This document shows positions 39,685 to 52,934 of a stretch of 64,000 nt of DNA, piece after piece (position 1 is the first letter of the stretch; each line of letters starts with the position of its first letter). A program made the translations under genes and the position numbers. The DNA comes from Spirochaetota bacterium (GTDB lineage: Bacteria > Spirochaetota > UBA4802 > UBA5550). The stretch covers positions 1,952,001 through 2,016,000 of the forward strand of contig CAXXHB010000003.1 in the NCBI GenBank assembly GCA_963664815.2, in the 5' to 3' direction. The notes under the pieces were generated by a model, which was given only the letters and a program-made list of their open reading frames with translations, made no database searches and was not told where the DNA came from.

Positions 39685-40398
39685 TTAAAAATCGCCGAGA
39701 AAATAAAGAGATTTAATCTCTTCAGAACTGACTCTACCTTCGTTTATAATATCCAGTTTGTCACAGCTTACATCAATCAATGTAGGGAGTGAGTGGTTTT
39801 TGTTAAACTCGTTAATTATAAGAATGGAACATATATCCTTGAATTTTTTAAGTATATCGCAATCTGTAAAAATCATCTCCTTCATTGAAGACCTGGCCGG
39901 CATATATACTATGGGCATTCCAACACCATTTACAATATCAAGTATATATTTATGTCTGGGCATCCTCATAAAAAGATTTGAATCGGATGAACATTCCCTG
40001 TTTTTCAACTGGACTATAACTTCACCAGGCCATACTCTTTTCAGAAAATTATATATAAACTTATCGACAAGAGCCATCTCTTCAAGCATCTTGAAGTTGG
40101 ATATTATAATTTCAATATTGTCATCAGGTTCGCCGGAAAGATTTATTATTTCATCAATAATATCTCCCCGCCTCAAGCCTACAAAACCGTATACAGAATC
40201 AATAGGCATTATTACAAGTTCACCCGCTTTAATAGATCTTATAATATTATCTACATTATTTGGCGGAATAGAACCGTCTTTTTTTAATTTTTTTATGTCA
40301 TGAATGACGTGTTTACTTTTAATTTTACTATTAATATTAACTTTATTTTTACTGGCTTGCATCATCGCACAATCTCTCCCTGCAATAATTAATACCAT
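39685..40398 (-). CDS. Sua5/YrdC/TsaC-family protein (divergent)
   Basis: GELVIMPIDSVYG, WPGEVIV, RMP, PTLIDV...IINEGRV. Confidence 0.75.
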   Translation of the reverse strand: MVLIIAGRDCAMMQASKNKVNINSKIKSKHVIHDIKKLKKDGSIPPNNVDNIIRSIKAGELVIMPIDSVYGFVGLRRGDIIDEIINLSGEPDDNIEIIISNFKMLEEMALVDKFIYNFLKRVWPGEVIVQLKNRECSSDSNLFMRMPRHKYILDIVNGVGMPIVYMPARSSMKEMIFTDCDILKKFKDICSILIINEFNKNHSLPTLIDVSCDKLDIINEGRVSSEEIKSLYFLGDF

Positions 40399-40904
40399 TT
40401 AAGAGGTTATGAACAATTCTTCCGGCAACATTGTCTTCACATATCTGAAAATGACTGTAATGCTGATGGAGGCACTTGATGTTATTAATTTCTTTTATGC
40501 CTCCTATTCCGGAGTTGAGAACCTTTGTATTAAATTCAAGGGAACTTATCTCTCCAAACTCCCTGGAATAAAGGTTTCTTCTTAAATAATAATAACTGGC
40601 ATGCGCGTTTTTCATAAGTTCAATTAAGCTTCTATCCGAATTTATTAAGTCTGTTATCTTCTTAATATAACCAATAGATTCAAAATCGTGTATTTTTTTA
40701 TTTAAAAAAGGGCATGTTAACCACAGCGGATTTGAAATTGCCATAAAATTAAGCTTTTTTTTACTACCAGGTTCAGTACATTCAACAGGATTTAATAAAA
40801 TTATTACCGGGTACCCGTAAACACATTTTCTTACTATACCTGTCATATTTACACAGTCAGTATTCAACTGCCATTTAATTACATTTAAATCATTATGGTC
40901 GAAT

Positions 40905-40924
<20 letters not shown>
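40349..40924 (-). CDS. DUF501-family protein
   Basis: KCVYGYPVII, WLTCP, GIGG...IKCLH, NVAG. Confidence 0.82.
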
Positions 40925-42666
<1,742 letters not shown>

Positions 42667-42826
42667 TTAAATCTCAAATTTTAGCTTAAAATAATCTAAA
42701 GATTAATTTAAAATACAGAAATGATAATTATTGAATAATAAAACATGATCCCTTAATCAAGTTTTTATTACAATTATTTTTAATTGCCAGCTATTATTTA
42801 TTTACTAACATTTTCCGGGAATCATG

Positions 42827-43993
42827 CTAAACGGCGCAAAAATTCTTGTACCTCTCCCTTGCAATGGAATATATATCTTTTATAAGAACCTTCGGATCAT
42901 CAATATATTTATGCATCCTGTTAAAAATCAGTCCTCTCACCATGCTTATATTCACTGTTGACGCCCCAAGAAGAACATTTATCTCTCTTTCCAGAGATGC
43001 GTAGGAATCTTCAGAATGTTCAATTTTAAGACCTATAATATTTTCCTGCATCTGCCTGTGTTCAAGCTCCAGTTCGATCAAATCTTTATTTTTTTCCTTT
43101 TTATAAGAATATACTATCAATGACGGCAGGTTTTCCTCATATTTGTCAGACATGAGAAAACTCTCCAGTTCATTATCATAATTTAAAAGAACAAGGAGTG
43201 ATTCCAGCGTTGATCCATAAAGGGAAAACATTGGTTTACCCATCAGGCCTTCGGCAGGATTAAAAGCTATCGAGTTATATGTTGTAAATGTGTTGGAACC
43301 AGCTTCACCGCGTCCTATATAAAGAACATCATCATTTCTGTAATCCATCTCTGCCATAATCTTCTCAATTGCGAGGCTTCTCCGGTTACCTGAAATAAAC
43401 TTTATTATATCACCGGTGAAAATCTCACGGTTATTAATGACAGCTTTTTTATATTCTGTTGCAAGAAGATTGATCTTACCCAATCCCATCCTTTTCATAT
43501 ATTCGATTGAAATTTCAAATGGGATTGCCGTAAAAACAAGAGGATTGTACTGCTTTGTATATCTGATGAAAACTTCCGATCCGGGGAATAGCCTTGCTTT
43601 GCGTCCTATTGTTGAAATGCATTCAACAGGAACCCCCTTAAAAAGAAAATCGGGATAATACACTGCAAGTTTGAAAAATGAAAACGGAATGTCTCCTTCT
43701 TCAGAAATCTTTCTGTTATTTTTGTCTATTATACCTTCAAGCTTTGCGACATCCTGATCCAGAAGAACAGCATCAATAAGATTATTATAATCTCCAAGTT
43801 CAAGAAAATCTCCCATTCCAAGAAACATTTTTTTTGGACGTGTAAGAAGCTTTGTCGTTTCTTCAATAAAAGTCTTTTTATCAAGGTGATGATGTTCAAA
43901 TCCTTCATTGAAACCATGATTGATTACAAGTTCATATTTTTTATCATTTTCATTCATAAAATGTTTTCCCGACTGAAAACTCCCGGTGTCCAT
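42827..43993 (-). CDS. Hypothetical protein, possibly degenerate HAD-like fold
   Basis: ARLFPGSE, LVFTA, VLYIGRG resemble HAD motifs but lack catalytic Asp. Confidence 0.6.
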   Translation of the reverse strand: MDTGSFQSGKHFMNENDKKYELVINHGFNEGFEHHHLDKKTFIEETTKLLTRPKKMFLGMGDFLELGDYNNLIDAVLLDQDVAKLEGIIDKNNRKISEEGDIPFSFFKLAVYYPDFLFKGVPVECISTIGRKARLFPGSEVFIRYTKQYNPLVFTAIPFEISIEYMKRMGLGKINLLATEYKKAVINNREIFTGDIIKFISGNRRSLAIEKIMAEMDYRNDDVLYIGRGEAGSNTFTTYNSIAFNPAEGLMGKPMFSLYGSTLESLLVLLNYDNELESFLMSDKYEENLPSLIVYSYKKEKNKDLIELELEHRQMQENIIGLKIEHSEDSYASLEREINVLLGASTVNISMVRGLIFNRMHKYIDDPKVLIKDIYSIARERYKNFCAV

Positions 43994-44405
43994 AAATCAG
44001 TTACAACCACAGGAAACGATACATTTAGGAATTATAAAAAACCAAATTATATCTTTCCGGGATGAAAAGTCAGATATTTTTAATTTACTATAATATTTGA
44101 CTTTTAAATCAGAACAGCTGTTTTGTTATGATACCGCTCAAGCAATATATAGTACTCCCGGATTTGAGTTGAAAAAAAATGTTAATTCATTCATTAATTA
44201 CTGTATATTGTAATCGTGATCCGTTTAGTAAATAAATATTATATTTCAAATTAATCCTTATACAATCTTTACAAGATCCGAGAATTAAATAAAGTATCTT
44301 AGTCTGGAAATTGATTTATTAAAAATTGTACTACAAATAAATAAATTGACATCTTTTAATCCCGGCAAGATATAGTCATAAAATTTAATAGTCATAAAAT
44401 AATCA

Positions 44406-45590
44406 ATGATAATAAAAAGAATAATATTAATTTTATCTCTCTGCTTTATTCCGTTCTCATGCAACAGGGAATATATAAAACCTGTTTCTGTAAAGAGAAA
44501 TTTTTCCGGTGCTTTGTGGATTGTTCGTCACAATATTTCAAGTCCAAAGAAAATTGATAAATTACTGGATCTTATTAAAGATACAAATATCAAACATCTT
44601 TTTGTGCAGGTTCGGGGGCGTGGCGATTCATATTATAATTCAGAATTTGAACCTAAAGCTTTTGATGTCCCGGCTGGTTTTGATCCGTTAAAATACCTGC
44701 TGAAAAAAACTGCCAAAACAGATATAAAAATTCATGCATGGATAAATGTTTCTTTTGTTCTTAATGCTGAAGATTATCCTCCGAAAGGAACCCATATATT
44801 ATCTCTTCATCCTGAATGGATTACATATGATCATTCGGGCAGACCAATGACTGAATACTCAAAAAAGGAACTTGAACAGAATCTTGCTGAAGGATATTTT
44901 CTTGATCCGGCTATTCCTGAAGTTAAGGATTATATTGAAAATATAGTGTGTGATGTCCTCAGTAAATATCCCGTTGATGGAATTCATCTCGATTATATCA
45001 GGTATCCATATTCAGGCTATTATTCTTATGGAAAAAAATATTTAAGTGATTTTGGTTATAATCCGGTAGCCAGAAAAATTTTTAAAAACCTTCACGGGAT
45101 AGATCCGGTAAATATAGACAGATTTAAAGATTCACCCGAAAAACAGCTTTTTGATAAATTCAGAAGCGACCAGATTACTGAAATTGTTAAAAGAATACAT
45201 AAGGATGTTAAATCATTAAACGAAAATCTTATCCTGTCAACTGCAGTAATGCCTAGATATGACTGGGGAAAAAAAGTTTATTTTCAGGACTGGACAAACT
45301 GGCTTGATAACGGATATATAGATTTCGCGTGTGTAATGAGCTATAGCGATGGTCCATCAGGTTTTAAAGATTATGTAAAGTACGCTAACTCAACACGTCA
45401 TAACAATAAAATATTTATGGGTATCAGCGTTAAAAAAAATACTGCACTTAAAAATGCAGTAAAACAGATTGATCTATCCTATGAAAACGGAATGAGGGGA
45501 TTTTCGATATTCAGTTTTAATCATGACAAAGATTTTATTGATAATCTCAATGCTCTCATTGAATACAACAGGAATATTTACATGTATTGA
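44406..45590 (+). CDS. Glycoside hydrolase family 10-like (GHL10) lipoprotein
   Basis: FVQVRGRGD, FDPL, IHAWIN, LDPAIPEV, DGIHLDY, QDW. Confidence 0.9.
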   Translation: MIIKRIILILSLCFIPFSCNREYIKPVSVKRNFSGALWIVRHNISSPKKIDKLLDLIKDTNIKHLFVQVRGRGDSYYNSEFEPKAFDVPAGFDPLKYLLKKTAKTDIKIHAWINVSFVLNAEDYPPKGTHILSLHPEWITYDHSGRPMTEYSKKELEQNLAEGYFLDPAIPEVKDYIENIVCDVLSKYPVDGIHLDYIRYPYSGYYSYGKKYLSDFGYNPVARKIFKNLHGIDPVNIDRFKDSPEKQLFDKFRSDQITEIVKRIHKDVKSLNENLILSTAVMPRYDWGKKVYFQDWTNWLDNGYIDFACVMSYSDGPSGFKDYVKYANSTRHNNKIFMGISVKKNTALKNAVKQIDLSYENGMRGFSIFSFNHDKDFIDNLNALIEYNRNIYMY

Positions 45591-45745
45591 TTTCAATAAG
45601 TGTAAATCAGCAGCTTTTTCACATTAACAGTAAATGTTTTTTCTGTTTTAAATCAATGTTAATTTTAATAAAAGTTTAATGAAAAATAGAACCTTCATAT
45701 TACTCATCAATAACGTCAACATTTTCCGGATATACAATAGAACCA

Positions 45746-46540
45746 TTATATAGATTTTACAATATTCATCGATGACCACTCTCCATGTGAGAGGAATTCC
45801 CATAAATTTTTTTTAGGGAAAAGACAACGATTAATCTCTTCTCGCGAAATTCCTTCTTTCTCTAATGTTTTTACTTTTTCCTGAATCTCCAGGAAAAAAT
45901 CAAGTTTTGATTTAAATTTTTCTTTTCCGTTAAAATGTACTCCGGAATGACCGCATAATATTTTGTCAAAATCGAGTTCAAGAATTTTTTTAATGGAGTT
46001 TATAGCATCCCCGATATTTTCATCCTTAAATGCTACAACCTGTCGTCTGCTTACATAAAGATCTCCAGTAAATAACCATCCCATATTTTTCTCATGATAT
46101 ACAACATGATCCTTCTGATGTCCCGGAGCATTAATCACATCAAGTCTGTATTTTCCTGTTTCAATATATAACGGAACCGGATCAGCAACAAATCCATCCC
46201 TGTTACCCCATACCAGTCTTCTGTACAATGGAATGTCTGATTTTTTCATAGCTTCAGCGATTGAATTTTTATTAATATATACAGGAATTTTCATATTTTC
46301 CTTTATCCATGCAGCAGCTCCAGTATGGTCTTCATGGACATGAGTTATCGCAACACAATTAACTTTTTCATTTTTCAGGAGAATTTTTGTCATTTTCTGA
46401 ATATTTGCTGAACCTGCATCTATTAAAACTCCATCAACTATATAAAGATATACAATCAACTGCAACGGGAACACACCCGATTTAATCCCGGCGGAAACCA
46501 GGCCGTTATCAATTTTCTTAATAATCATAAATGACTCCAA
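45746..46540 (-). CDS. MBL-fold metallo-hydrolase
   Basis: THVHEDHTG, PGH, FTGD, GH. Confidence 0.92.
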   Translation of the reverse strand: MESFMIIKKIDNGLVSAGIKSGVFPLQLIVYLYIVDGVLIDAGSANIQKMTKILLKNEKVNCVAITHVHEDHTGAAAWIKENMKIPVYINKNSIAEAMKKSDIPLYRRLVWGNRDGFVADPVPLYIETGKYRLDVINAPGHQKDHVVYHEKNMGWLFTGDLYVSRRQVVAFKDENIGDAINSIKKILELDFDKILCGHSGVHFNGKEKFKSKLDFFLEIQEKVKTLEKEGISREEINRCLFPKKNLWEFLSHGEWSSMNIVKSI

Positions 46541-46790
46541 AATTAAATAATGGATTCAACAATATTTGATTAGTCAACTATTGTCAAGATAAAGACATAT
46601 TTCTGACATAGTTTTATGGCATTTGCAAATCTTTCATCTGTCTCAAGAATAAGCTTTTTATACTTTTTTTAAAGCACTATTCTCAAGTTTCTGCAGAATA
46701 AACATTTTCTCTATGAAGACTCATCATCTGTTTAAAATCACTATCCCTGTATTTCATGATCTCCATTGAGATTTCCATATTTAAATAAAT

Positions 46791-47312
46791 TTAATGATTT
46801 AAAGTATTCGATATTTTTAATACATCTTCTACTGGTATTTTTGTTCCATTCTCATCATTAAAAAGGTATTTTTCTTCCATTTTGTCTACAAAAAGTATTC
46901 CATTCAGATGATCAATTTCATGCTGTATACATCTTGCCATTTTGCCTGAACGTTCAATCTGGATTTCATTCCCATTTCGATCATTGTATTTCACAACGAC
47001 AGTTTTTGCTCTTTTAACTTCTCCTGAAAATCCGGGAAACGAAAGGCATCCTTCATAATCAAACTGTTCACCGGAGAATGAAATAATCTCAGGGTTTACC
47101 ATTTCAATATATTCATCCATATAATCAATTACAGTTATCCTTTTCAGTACAGCAATCTGATTAGCTGCCAGAGCTGCACCATCTTTTGCAGCAGATAAAG
47201 TATACTTCATTGTATCAATCAACGCATGAATCTTTTTATGGAAGATCTTTACTTCTCTGGCTTTCTCCCTTAACGCCATTTCACCGAATAAAATTATTTT
47301 TTCCTTTTTCAT
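46791..47312 (-). CDS. def: Peptide deformylase
   Basis: GAALAANQI, EGCLS, QHEIDHLNG. Confidence 0.95.
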   Translation of the reverse strand: MKKEKIILFGEMALREKAREVKIFHKKIHALIDTMKYTLSAAKDGAALAANQIAVLKRITVIDYMDEYIEMVNPEIISFSGEQFDYEGCLSFPGFSGEVKRAKTVVVKYNDRNGNEIQIERSGKMARCIQHEIDHLNGILFVDKMEEKYLFNDENGTKIPVEDVLKISNTLNH

Positions 47313-47483
47313 TTTGTACTTCTTGTTATTTTTGTTGTTAAAAATTAATTAATTATCTGATAAATATAATTTTTGCAACAATTAATTGATTATCCGGGAA
47401 TATCATTATCTCTGTTTCAAGAGAAAAATTCATTGCCTTTTTACAATAAAATTTATTTATCGGATTAAAGAGGTAATCATAAG

Positions 47484-47792
47484 ATGAAACATATAGCTGT
47501 CATTTCAGTACTCTCTATTTTATTGCTCCCGTTAAATTCATGTAAAACTGGAGGTATTATGGTTTTTACTAAAGAGGGATGCAGCAGATGTGAATATACT
47601 ATAAACTATTTTAAGCAGAATAATATCAGCTATACAGAGTATTCTGCAGATACAGATAAAGAAAAAATGTGGAATCTGATTACACAGTCCAAGCCTGATG
47701 CTGAAAGCGTAACAATGCCGGTTATTGTTAAGGAAGGAAATGTTTATTTCAGCATAGAAAATCTGGAGGAATTTTTAAAAAAGACCCGTTAA
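47484..47792 (+). CDS. Glutaredoxin-like lipoprotein
   Basis: Lipobox LNSC; CSRC; TMPVI cis-Pro motif. Confidence 0.75.
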   Translation: MKHIAVISVLSILLLPLNSCKTGGIMVFTKEGCSRCEYTINYFKQNNISYTEYSADTDKEKMWNLITQSKPDAESVTMPVIVKEGNVYFSIENLEEFLKKTR

Positions 47793-47805
47793 ATTATGGT
47801 ATTAT

Positions 47806-48072
47806 TTATTTCTTCTGTTCTGTCTTAACTCTTTCTTCAGTCATTGTTTCAATTTTATGTCTTTTATTCGCTGCAGTAACAAATAGAAGTATGAGTATTA
47901 CAATTATCAATACCACTGTGCCTGCACCTATGGCGAAGTAGAGTTCATTAAGAGGGCCGGTTTTTTTCTTTGACTGATTTTCATCATAATGAAGTTTTCC
48001 GCAACTCCTGCATACATAATAACCATATGATGAACTATCAAAATCTTTGCCTTTGCAGTAACTGCACTGCAT
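47806..48072 (-). CDS. Zn-ribbon membrane protein
   Basis: CxxC...CxxC then one TM helix. Confidence 0.65.
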   Translation of the reverse strand: MQCSYCKGKDFDSSSYGYYVCRSCGKLHYDENQSKKKTGPLNELYFAIGAGTVVLIIVILILLFVTAANKRHKIETMTEERVKTEQKK

Positions 48073-48265
48073 ATGCTCCCCCCGCCAGCAAAAAAGTCTG
48101 AAAAATATTATTACCCTCTATCAGATTCTTTAATGCAACTCAATCATTATTATAATGTCAGTAAGTTATAATTATATCTGTACTGCAAGAACTATATTAC
48201 TTTCAAATGGAAGAATGTTTTAAAATCTTCCGGTTTTTTATCTGTACAATTCCGGTAACATATTC

Positions 48266-48925
48266 TCATAAATAGGATTCAATAAAATTCTTAACGTTTT
48301 CTTTTCCCTTAATAACACCAAAATGTCCTTCACATAAGATATCTGCACCAAGTGAAATCATAAATTCAAGTGACGCTTTATAATCCCTGTTGTTTGAAAG
48401 AAGCAGGCTATTCAGTGGACCGTGAATATCCTGTCCGAAAAGAACTGAAAATCCATCTGAAGCTAACACAAGAACAGAAGAGCCTGGAGAATGCCCCGGG
48501 GTGTGATAGAAACATATATTTATCTCCCCGATTTTAAAACTTCTTTTTTTATCTGTAACTTTTACATCAACCTTTAATGGCTTAATATATGCCCCATACC
48601 ATGATGCCGCTGTAACCTCGGAATCTCCGATTTCAAGGTACTTGGCATCAAGATCGTGTGCGATAATACTGCATCCCGTAACATCACGGATTTTATCAGC
48701 TCCACCGGTATGATCATAATGACAATGTGTGATAAACAGATATCTGATACTCGATAATTCTGCTCCTGTTTTCCTTATATTGCTTATTACTCTGTCTATT
48801 CCTTTGCCGGTACCGGCATCAATAAGCGCAGATTCATCACCTGATATCACAAGATATACTGCTGCATCCGAAGAATGCGAAAGTCCTGATCCGCCTACCT
48901 GATATATATTTGATGTTATTTTCAT
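48266..48925 (-). CDS. MBL-fold metallo-hydrolase
   Basis: THCHYDHTGG, TPGHSPG, EGH. Confidence 0.92.
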   Translation of the reverse strand: MKITSNIYQVGGSGLSHSSDAAVYLVISGDESALIDAGTGKGIDRVISNIRKTGAELSSIRYLFITHCHYDHTGGADKIRDVTGCSIIAHDLDAKYLEIGDSEVTAASWYGAYIKPLKVDVKVTDKKRSFKIGEINICFYHTPGHSPGSSVLVLASDGFSVLFGQDIHGPLNSLLLSNNRDYKASLEFMISLGADILCEGHFGVIKGKENVKNFIESYL

Positions 48926-49160
48926 AAATGATTAATCTAAAAGTTAATTTTAATATTGCAAGCGGTTTTATAACTCTTTAAATATATCATTAAAAAAAAT
49001 AAAATTAATCATAAAGAAATAAAATCCATCAAAATTGATTAAACATGTTATTTAAATGTAACATCAATTAATAATATATATCTGAATAATCGCTTTATGT
49101 TGATTTATTATGAATCAGTTATTACAATAAATATTACAAATTATTAAACCGGGGGTTTCA

Positions 49161-49493
49161 ATGGGATACTGGGAAGAAGTAAGAGAAGTAGTCTTAAAGG
49201 GAGTTGATCTTGCGGTTGAAGGTGTAAAGGACAGTGCTGCAAAGGCAGTGGAAAAGGGGAAGGATGGAGTTGCATATACACAGTTTAAAACAAGTCTTTT
49301 TGTTGAGCAGAGGAAACTTCAAACCATATTAGCAGATCTGGGGGATCGTACACGTGATATTTACAGGGAAAAAAAAGATCTCTATACAGATTCAGTAATA
49401 ACAGAAACTATGAATAAACTCGGCAAAGTCGAAGATGAATGCAAACGCCTGGAGGAGGAAATAAAAAAACTCGGTTTTGAGACAAAGAAATAA
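49161..49493 (+). CDS. Hypothetical coiled-coil protein
   Basis: RBS GGGGG; helical composition. Confidence 0.65.
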   Translation: MGYWEEVREVVLKGVDLAVEGVKDSAAKAVEKGKDGVAYTQFKTSLFVEQRKLQTILADLGDRTRDIYREKKDLYTDSVITETMNKLGKVEDECKRLEEEIKKLGFETKK

Positions 49494-49586
49494 CCGATAA
49501 AATTTTATCAATTCCTGATAATAATAAGTGATTTTAATTACAATAAAGCTATTCCGCTATTACGGAATAGCTTTATCAGATCCGTT

Positions 49587-50132
49587 TTACAATTCAGATT
49601 TAACCTTTGATTGTATTTCAATTGGAGGGAGGGTACTGCTGACGGTAAAGGTTGATCCATCTTTTTTAAATACTTTGATATCTTTATTGTCAAGGAGCTG
49701 TACCATCCTTTTAATATCTTTACCATTTCCAAGACACCATGTTTGTGTTTCGGGATTATAAATAATATCCGCTGAATCTCCCATGTTAGGTCCTTCAAGC
49801 TGTACAATATGATATTTATTGAGACTTACATCAACTTTATATTTTACTCCGTCTTTTGCTATATATTTTGTTTCAATTTCTCCCGGTTTCATTGCAAGAG
49901 GATTTTTACCTGTCCAGAACTCTACTGAATTTAGTATTACTCCGTCTACAAGGAGTGTAATTCCGTAAACAGGTATAAGAACAAAAAATACTACCTCATT
50001 AATATATTTATTACTTAGACCCTGATTCCAGCTCAGAATCTTTCTGGTTACAACAAAATTCCCGATACATCCTTGAAGTGACGTAATACCGATAACAAAT
50101 GCCAGCATTAGAGCAAGACCGCTTTTTTTCAT
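49587..50132 (-). CDS. DUF3332-family lipoprotein
   Basis: GCIGNFVVTRK...WN...NEVVF...PVYG...D...LNSVEFWTGKNPL. Confidence 0.85.
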   Translation of the reverse strand: MKKSGLALMLAFVIGITSLQGCIGNFVVTRKILSWNQGLSNKYINEVVFFVLIPVYGITLLVDGVILNSVEFWTGKNPLAMKPGEIETKYIAKDGVKYKVDVSLNKYHIVQLEGPNMGDSADIIYNPETQTWCLGNGKDIKRMVQLLDNKDIKVFKKDGSTFTVSSTLPPIEIQSKVKSEL

Positions 50133-50216
50133 AATGTTTCTCCTTGAAATTTTAAAATAAATTTAATAGCAAAATCCTTTTTTAAAAAATATATCAATAG
50201 TAAATAGTTAATTTTA

Positions 50217-52463
50217 TCAGTCAGTCCACAGGCTTGATTCGCTCCTTATCAGATCAAGGTATTTATCTGCAAAACCTTTATCAGTTTTAAAATAAAGTTT
50301 CATCCAGCGTGGTGGTTCAATAAAGTCGCTATTATTTAATATATCATCCTGTGAATCAAGTTCATATTTCCATATTCTCCAGAACATATTATCCTTAAGA
50401 AAGGGAATAGTATTAAACCGCATATAAAGTATTCCGTCAGTAATCTTCCATTTGTCCGGCATTACAACTGAAGTACAATCGGCATCACCATTTTTCCGGC
50501 ATTTATAACGGTCATGAAATTCAATGTTGCCATCTTTTTTAAATGTCATTCTTAATATGGTTTCATTTTTTTCATACATGATAAATGTTTCACCCGATAT
50601 CGATCCGGAAAGAGATTTACTGTATTTTTCCATATAAGTTTTTTTCATTGAATCAATCCCCTGAAAAGGGATTCTTTTTCCATTATTAAAAAACGCTATT
50701 TCAGCAACAGAGGTCCTGTCCTGTTCAATACCTTTATAATACTCATCATCCCTTGTGCGAAAATCAATTTTTGTCACTACGTACTTCCCTTTCAGATTAA
50801 TACTTTGAAAGTCCATTGAATCTTTCAGCGTAGTATAGATCAGCACACGCCCTGTATTATCATTTTCTATTCTTACAACACCTGACATTTTTTTTACTGT
50901 AACATCTTCCGTCTTTTTTTTATCAGTAATAACTTTTTTCGAATTTTTCTTTTCCTTATTATTTTTTTTATCGTTTTTCGCAGAATCTGCAGCGGTTTTT
51001 TTATTCTTGCCCTTTATATTATCATTTTTCTTATCATCTTTTTTCTCTGTAATAATTTTATCAGTAATTTTCTCATTCTCTTTTTTTTCATTCACCGGTT
51101 TCGCGGTTTTGTTATCTTTTTTTATCTGGCTGTCAGAAGATATGGGTTTATCAATTTTGACTGAATTTTTAACATCAGGCTTCTTTGTTATTGAGCTTTC
51201 TTTCTTTTTAACACCGGTGACAGGTTTCTTTTTACTGAAATCTTTTTCGGTTTTTTTCTTGTCTGATTTTAAAACGGGTTTTTTTGTCATTTTGTAACCG
51301 GTTTTATTCTTCTCTGTTTTTTTATTATCAGCTAAAGATTTTTTATCAGATGTTTTTTCTGTTTTATCTTCACCGGCAAGTATTTTCTTGATCTTTGTTT
51401 CTTCCGAAACTTCGTTTTCTTCTTCAGGCTTATGTGATTTATTAATAATAGTCTCACTTTTCCCGGGAACTGAAGGCTGTTTGCTTTTATTTGAATCTGT
51501 TATCTCTATTATATTTGTATTACCGGTTTTTGTTTTAACAGGAATCGTTTCTTTTTGAGTCGATTGTTTGTTTGAACTACTTTTTACAGTATCATTTTTT
51601 TGAGATCCTGATTTTTTTTCTACCGGCTTATCTCCTGATAATTTTTTTTCTTTCTTTTTACTTTTTTTTGTGATTTTCTTTTCCTGTTTTCTATCTTTTA
51701 TCTGTTTTCCGTCAGATTCTTTTTTATCAGTTTTTATTTCAGTTGTTGTATTTTTCTCTGGTTCGCTTACAGCTTCAGTTGCGGTAAAGAATAATTTTAT
51801 ATCTTCACTATCATAAATTTCAGGGCTTTCAAAGACATCATAATTCACAACTTTTTCCGGAACGATAGTTTTTTCTTCTTTTTTGTTTTTTTCTATATCT
51901 TCTTTTTTCTCTTTTTCATTTTTTTCCTCTTTTTCCTTATCGTTCTTATCTGCTTTATTCTCTTTCTCTTTTATCTCTTTTTTTTCATCTCCTGTTTTAT
52001 CATTTTTGACTTTTTCTTTACCTGGTTTATTTTTTGAATCATCTTTGTTTAATTCTGTTTGTCTTTTTTTATCTGCACGTTTTGCAGGTACTGTTTTTTT
52101 ATTTTTTTTTACCGGAACTTTTTTGTCTGTTTTTATCTCCTGTGTATATAATGTAATCTCTATATCCCGAATCCGATTATCTTTTTTAAACATCTCTTTG
52201 CTTGAAGTATTACCATTCATTATTTTGATAGTGTCTATAGTAACAGGTTTACTTAATTCCATTGAAAAATCTGAATAAAGTGCAGCGCTTTTAAAATCTC
52301 CATCAAATGCATTGTATGGTGAATCAGCGGCCGGATTTCTTCTTTCGTTGAATGGAATAGGTTTCATCAAAAGCTTTTTTATAACAATGTCTTCATCGGT
52401 TACTGAATGAACCAGTACCGGCATTGCAAACAGCAACAACAAAACCAAAATGCGCTTTTTCAT
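50217..52463 (-). CDS. Secreted protein with discoidin-like domain split by a long Lys-rich low-complexity insert
   Basis: Start MKKRILVLLLL (signal peptide); NAFDGD...IKIMNG...NRIRDIEI then ~420 aa K/E-rich then LKDSMDFQSI...SVAEIAF. Confidence 0.7.
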   Translation of the reverse strand: MKKRILVLLLLFAMPVLVHSVTDEDIVIKKLLMKPIPFNERRNPAADSPYNAFDGDFKSAALYSDFSMELSKPVTIDTIKIMNGNTSSKEMFKKDNRIRDIEITLYTQEIKTDKKVPVKKNKKTVPAKRADKKRQTELNKDDSKNKPGKEKVKNDKTGDEKKEIKEKENKADKNDKEKEEKNEKEKKEDIEKNKKEEKTIVPEKVVNYDVFESPEIYDSEDIKLFFTATEAVSEPEKNTTTEIKTDKKESDGKQIKDRKQEKKITKKSKKKEKKLSGDKPVEKKSGSQKNDTVKSSSNKQSTQKETIPVKTKTGNTNIIEITDSNKSKQPSVPGKSETIINKSHKPEEENEVSEETKIKKILAGEDKTEKTSDKKSLADNKKTEKNKTGYKMTKKPVLKSDKKKTEKDFSKKKPVTGVKKKESSITKKPDVKNSVKIDKPISSDSQIKKDNKTAKPVNEKKENEKITDKIITEKKDDKKNDNIKGKNKKTAADSAKNDKKNNKEKKNSKKVITDKKKTEDVTVKKMSGVVRIENDNTGRVLIYTTLKDSMDFQSINLKGKYVVTKIDFRTRDDEYYKGIEQDRTSVAEIAFFNNGKRIPFQGIDSMKKTYMEKYSKSLSGSISGETFIMYEKNETILRMTFKKDGNIEFHDRYKCRKNGDADCTSVVMPDKWKITDGILYMRFNTIPFLKDNMFWRIWKYELDSQDDILNNSDFIEPPRWMKLYFKTDKGFADKYLDLIRSESSLWTD

Positions 52464-52934
52464 CTGATACCCGCTGAGAGTGAATATTTTAAATGGCGAA
52501 GTGAATCTAAATCGGCCACAAGTTACAAACATCTAATCTATATCTTTCAATATTTCAATAAGTATTTTTATTGAATGTTTTTTTAGAGGATTTTTCAGTT
52601 TTCATAAATTGCGGAATTTATCTCGCAGATAACTTTATCATTTTGTCACGAAAAAAATATTTAATAACTTCCCTGTTTCTTAAATATTTTGAAAAAAGAT
52701 TTTTTTATCCGGAATCTTTGTATGTACTATTTTACAGTTAATATATTGATTCATTGGATATATTCCTGTGCCCACGCAGCGGCGGTAGCCATAACTGTAT
52801 AAAATCATTAACTGCTGAATCTGGTAAAAGGAGATACCTGGAATACCAGTGAAAACTTATACGGTACATTCAGCATAAACACTCACGTTTATAAAAAAAA
52901 TAGTTATTATATTTATTAGAAGGCATTGAAAAGA

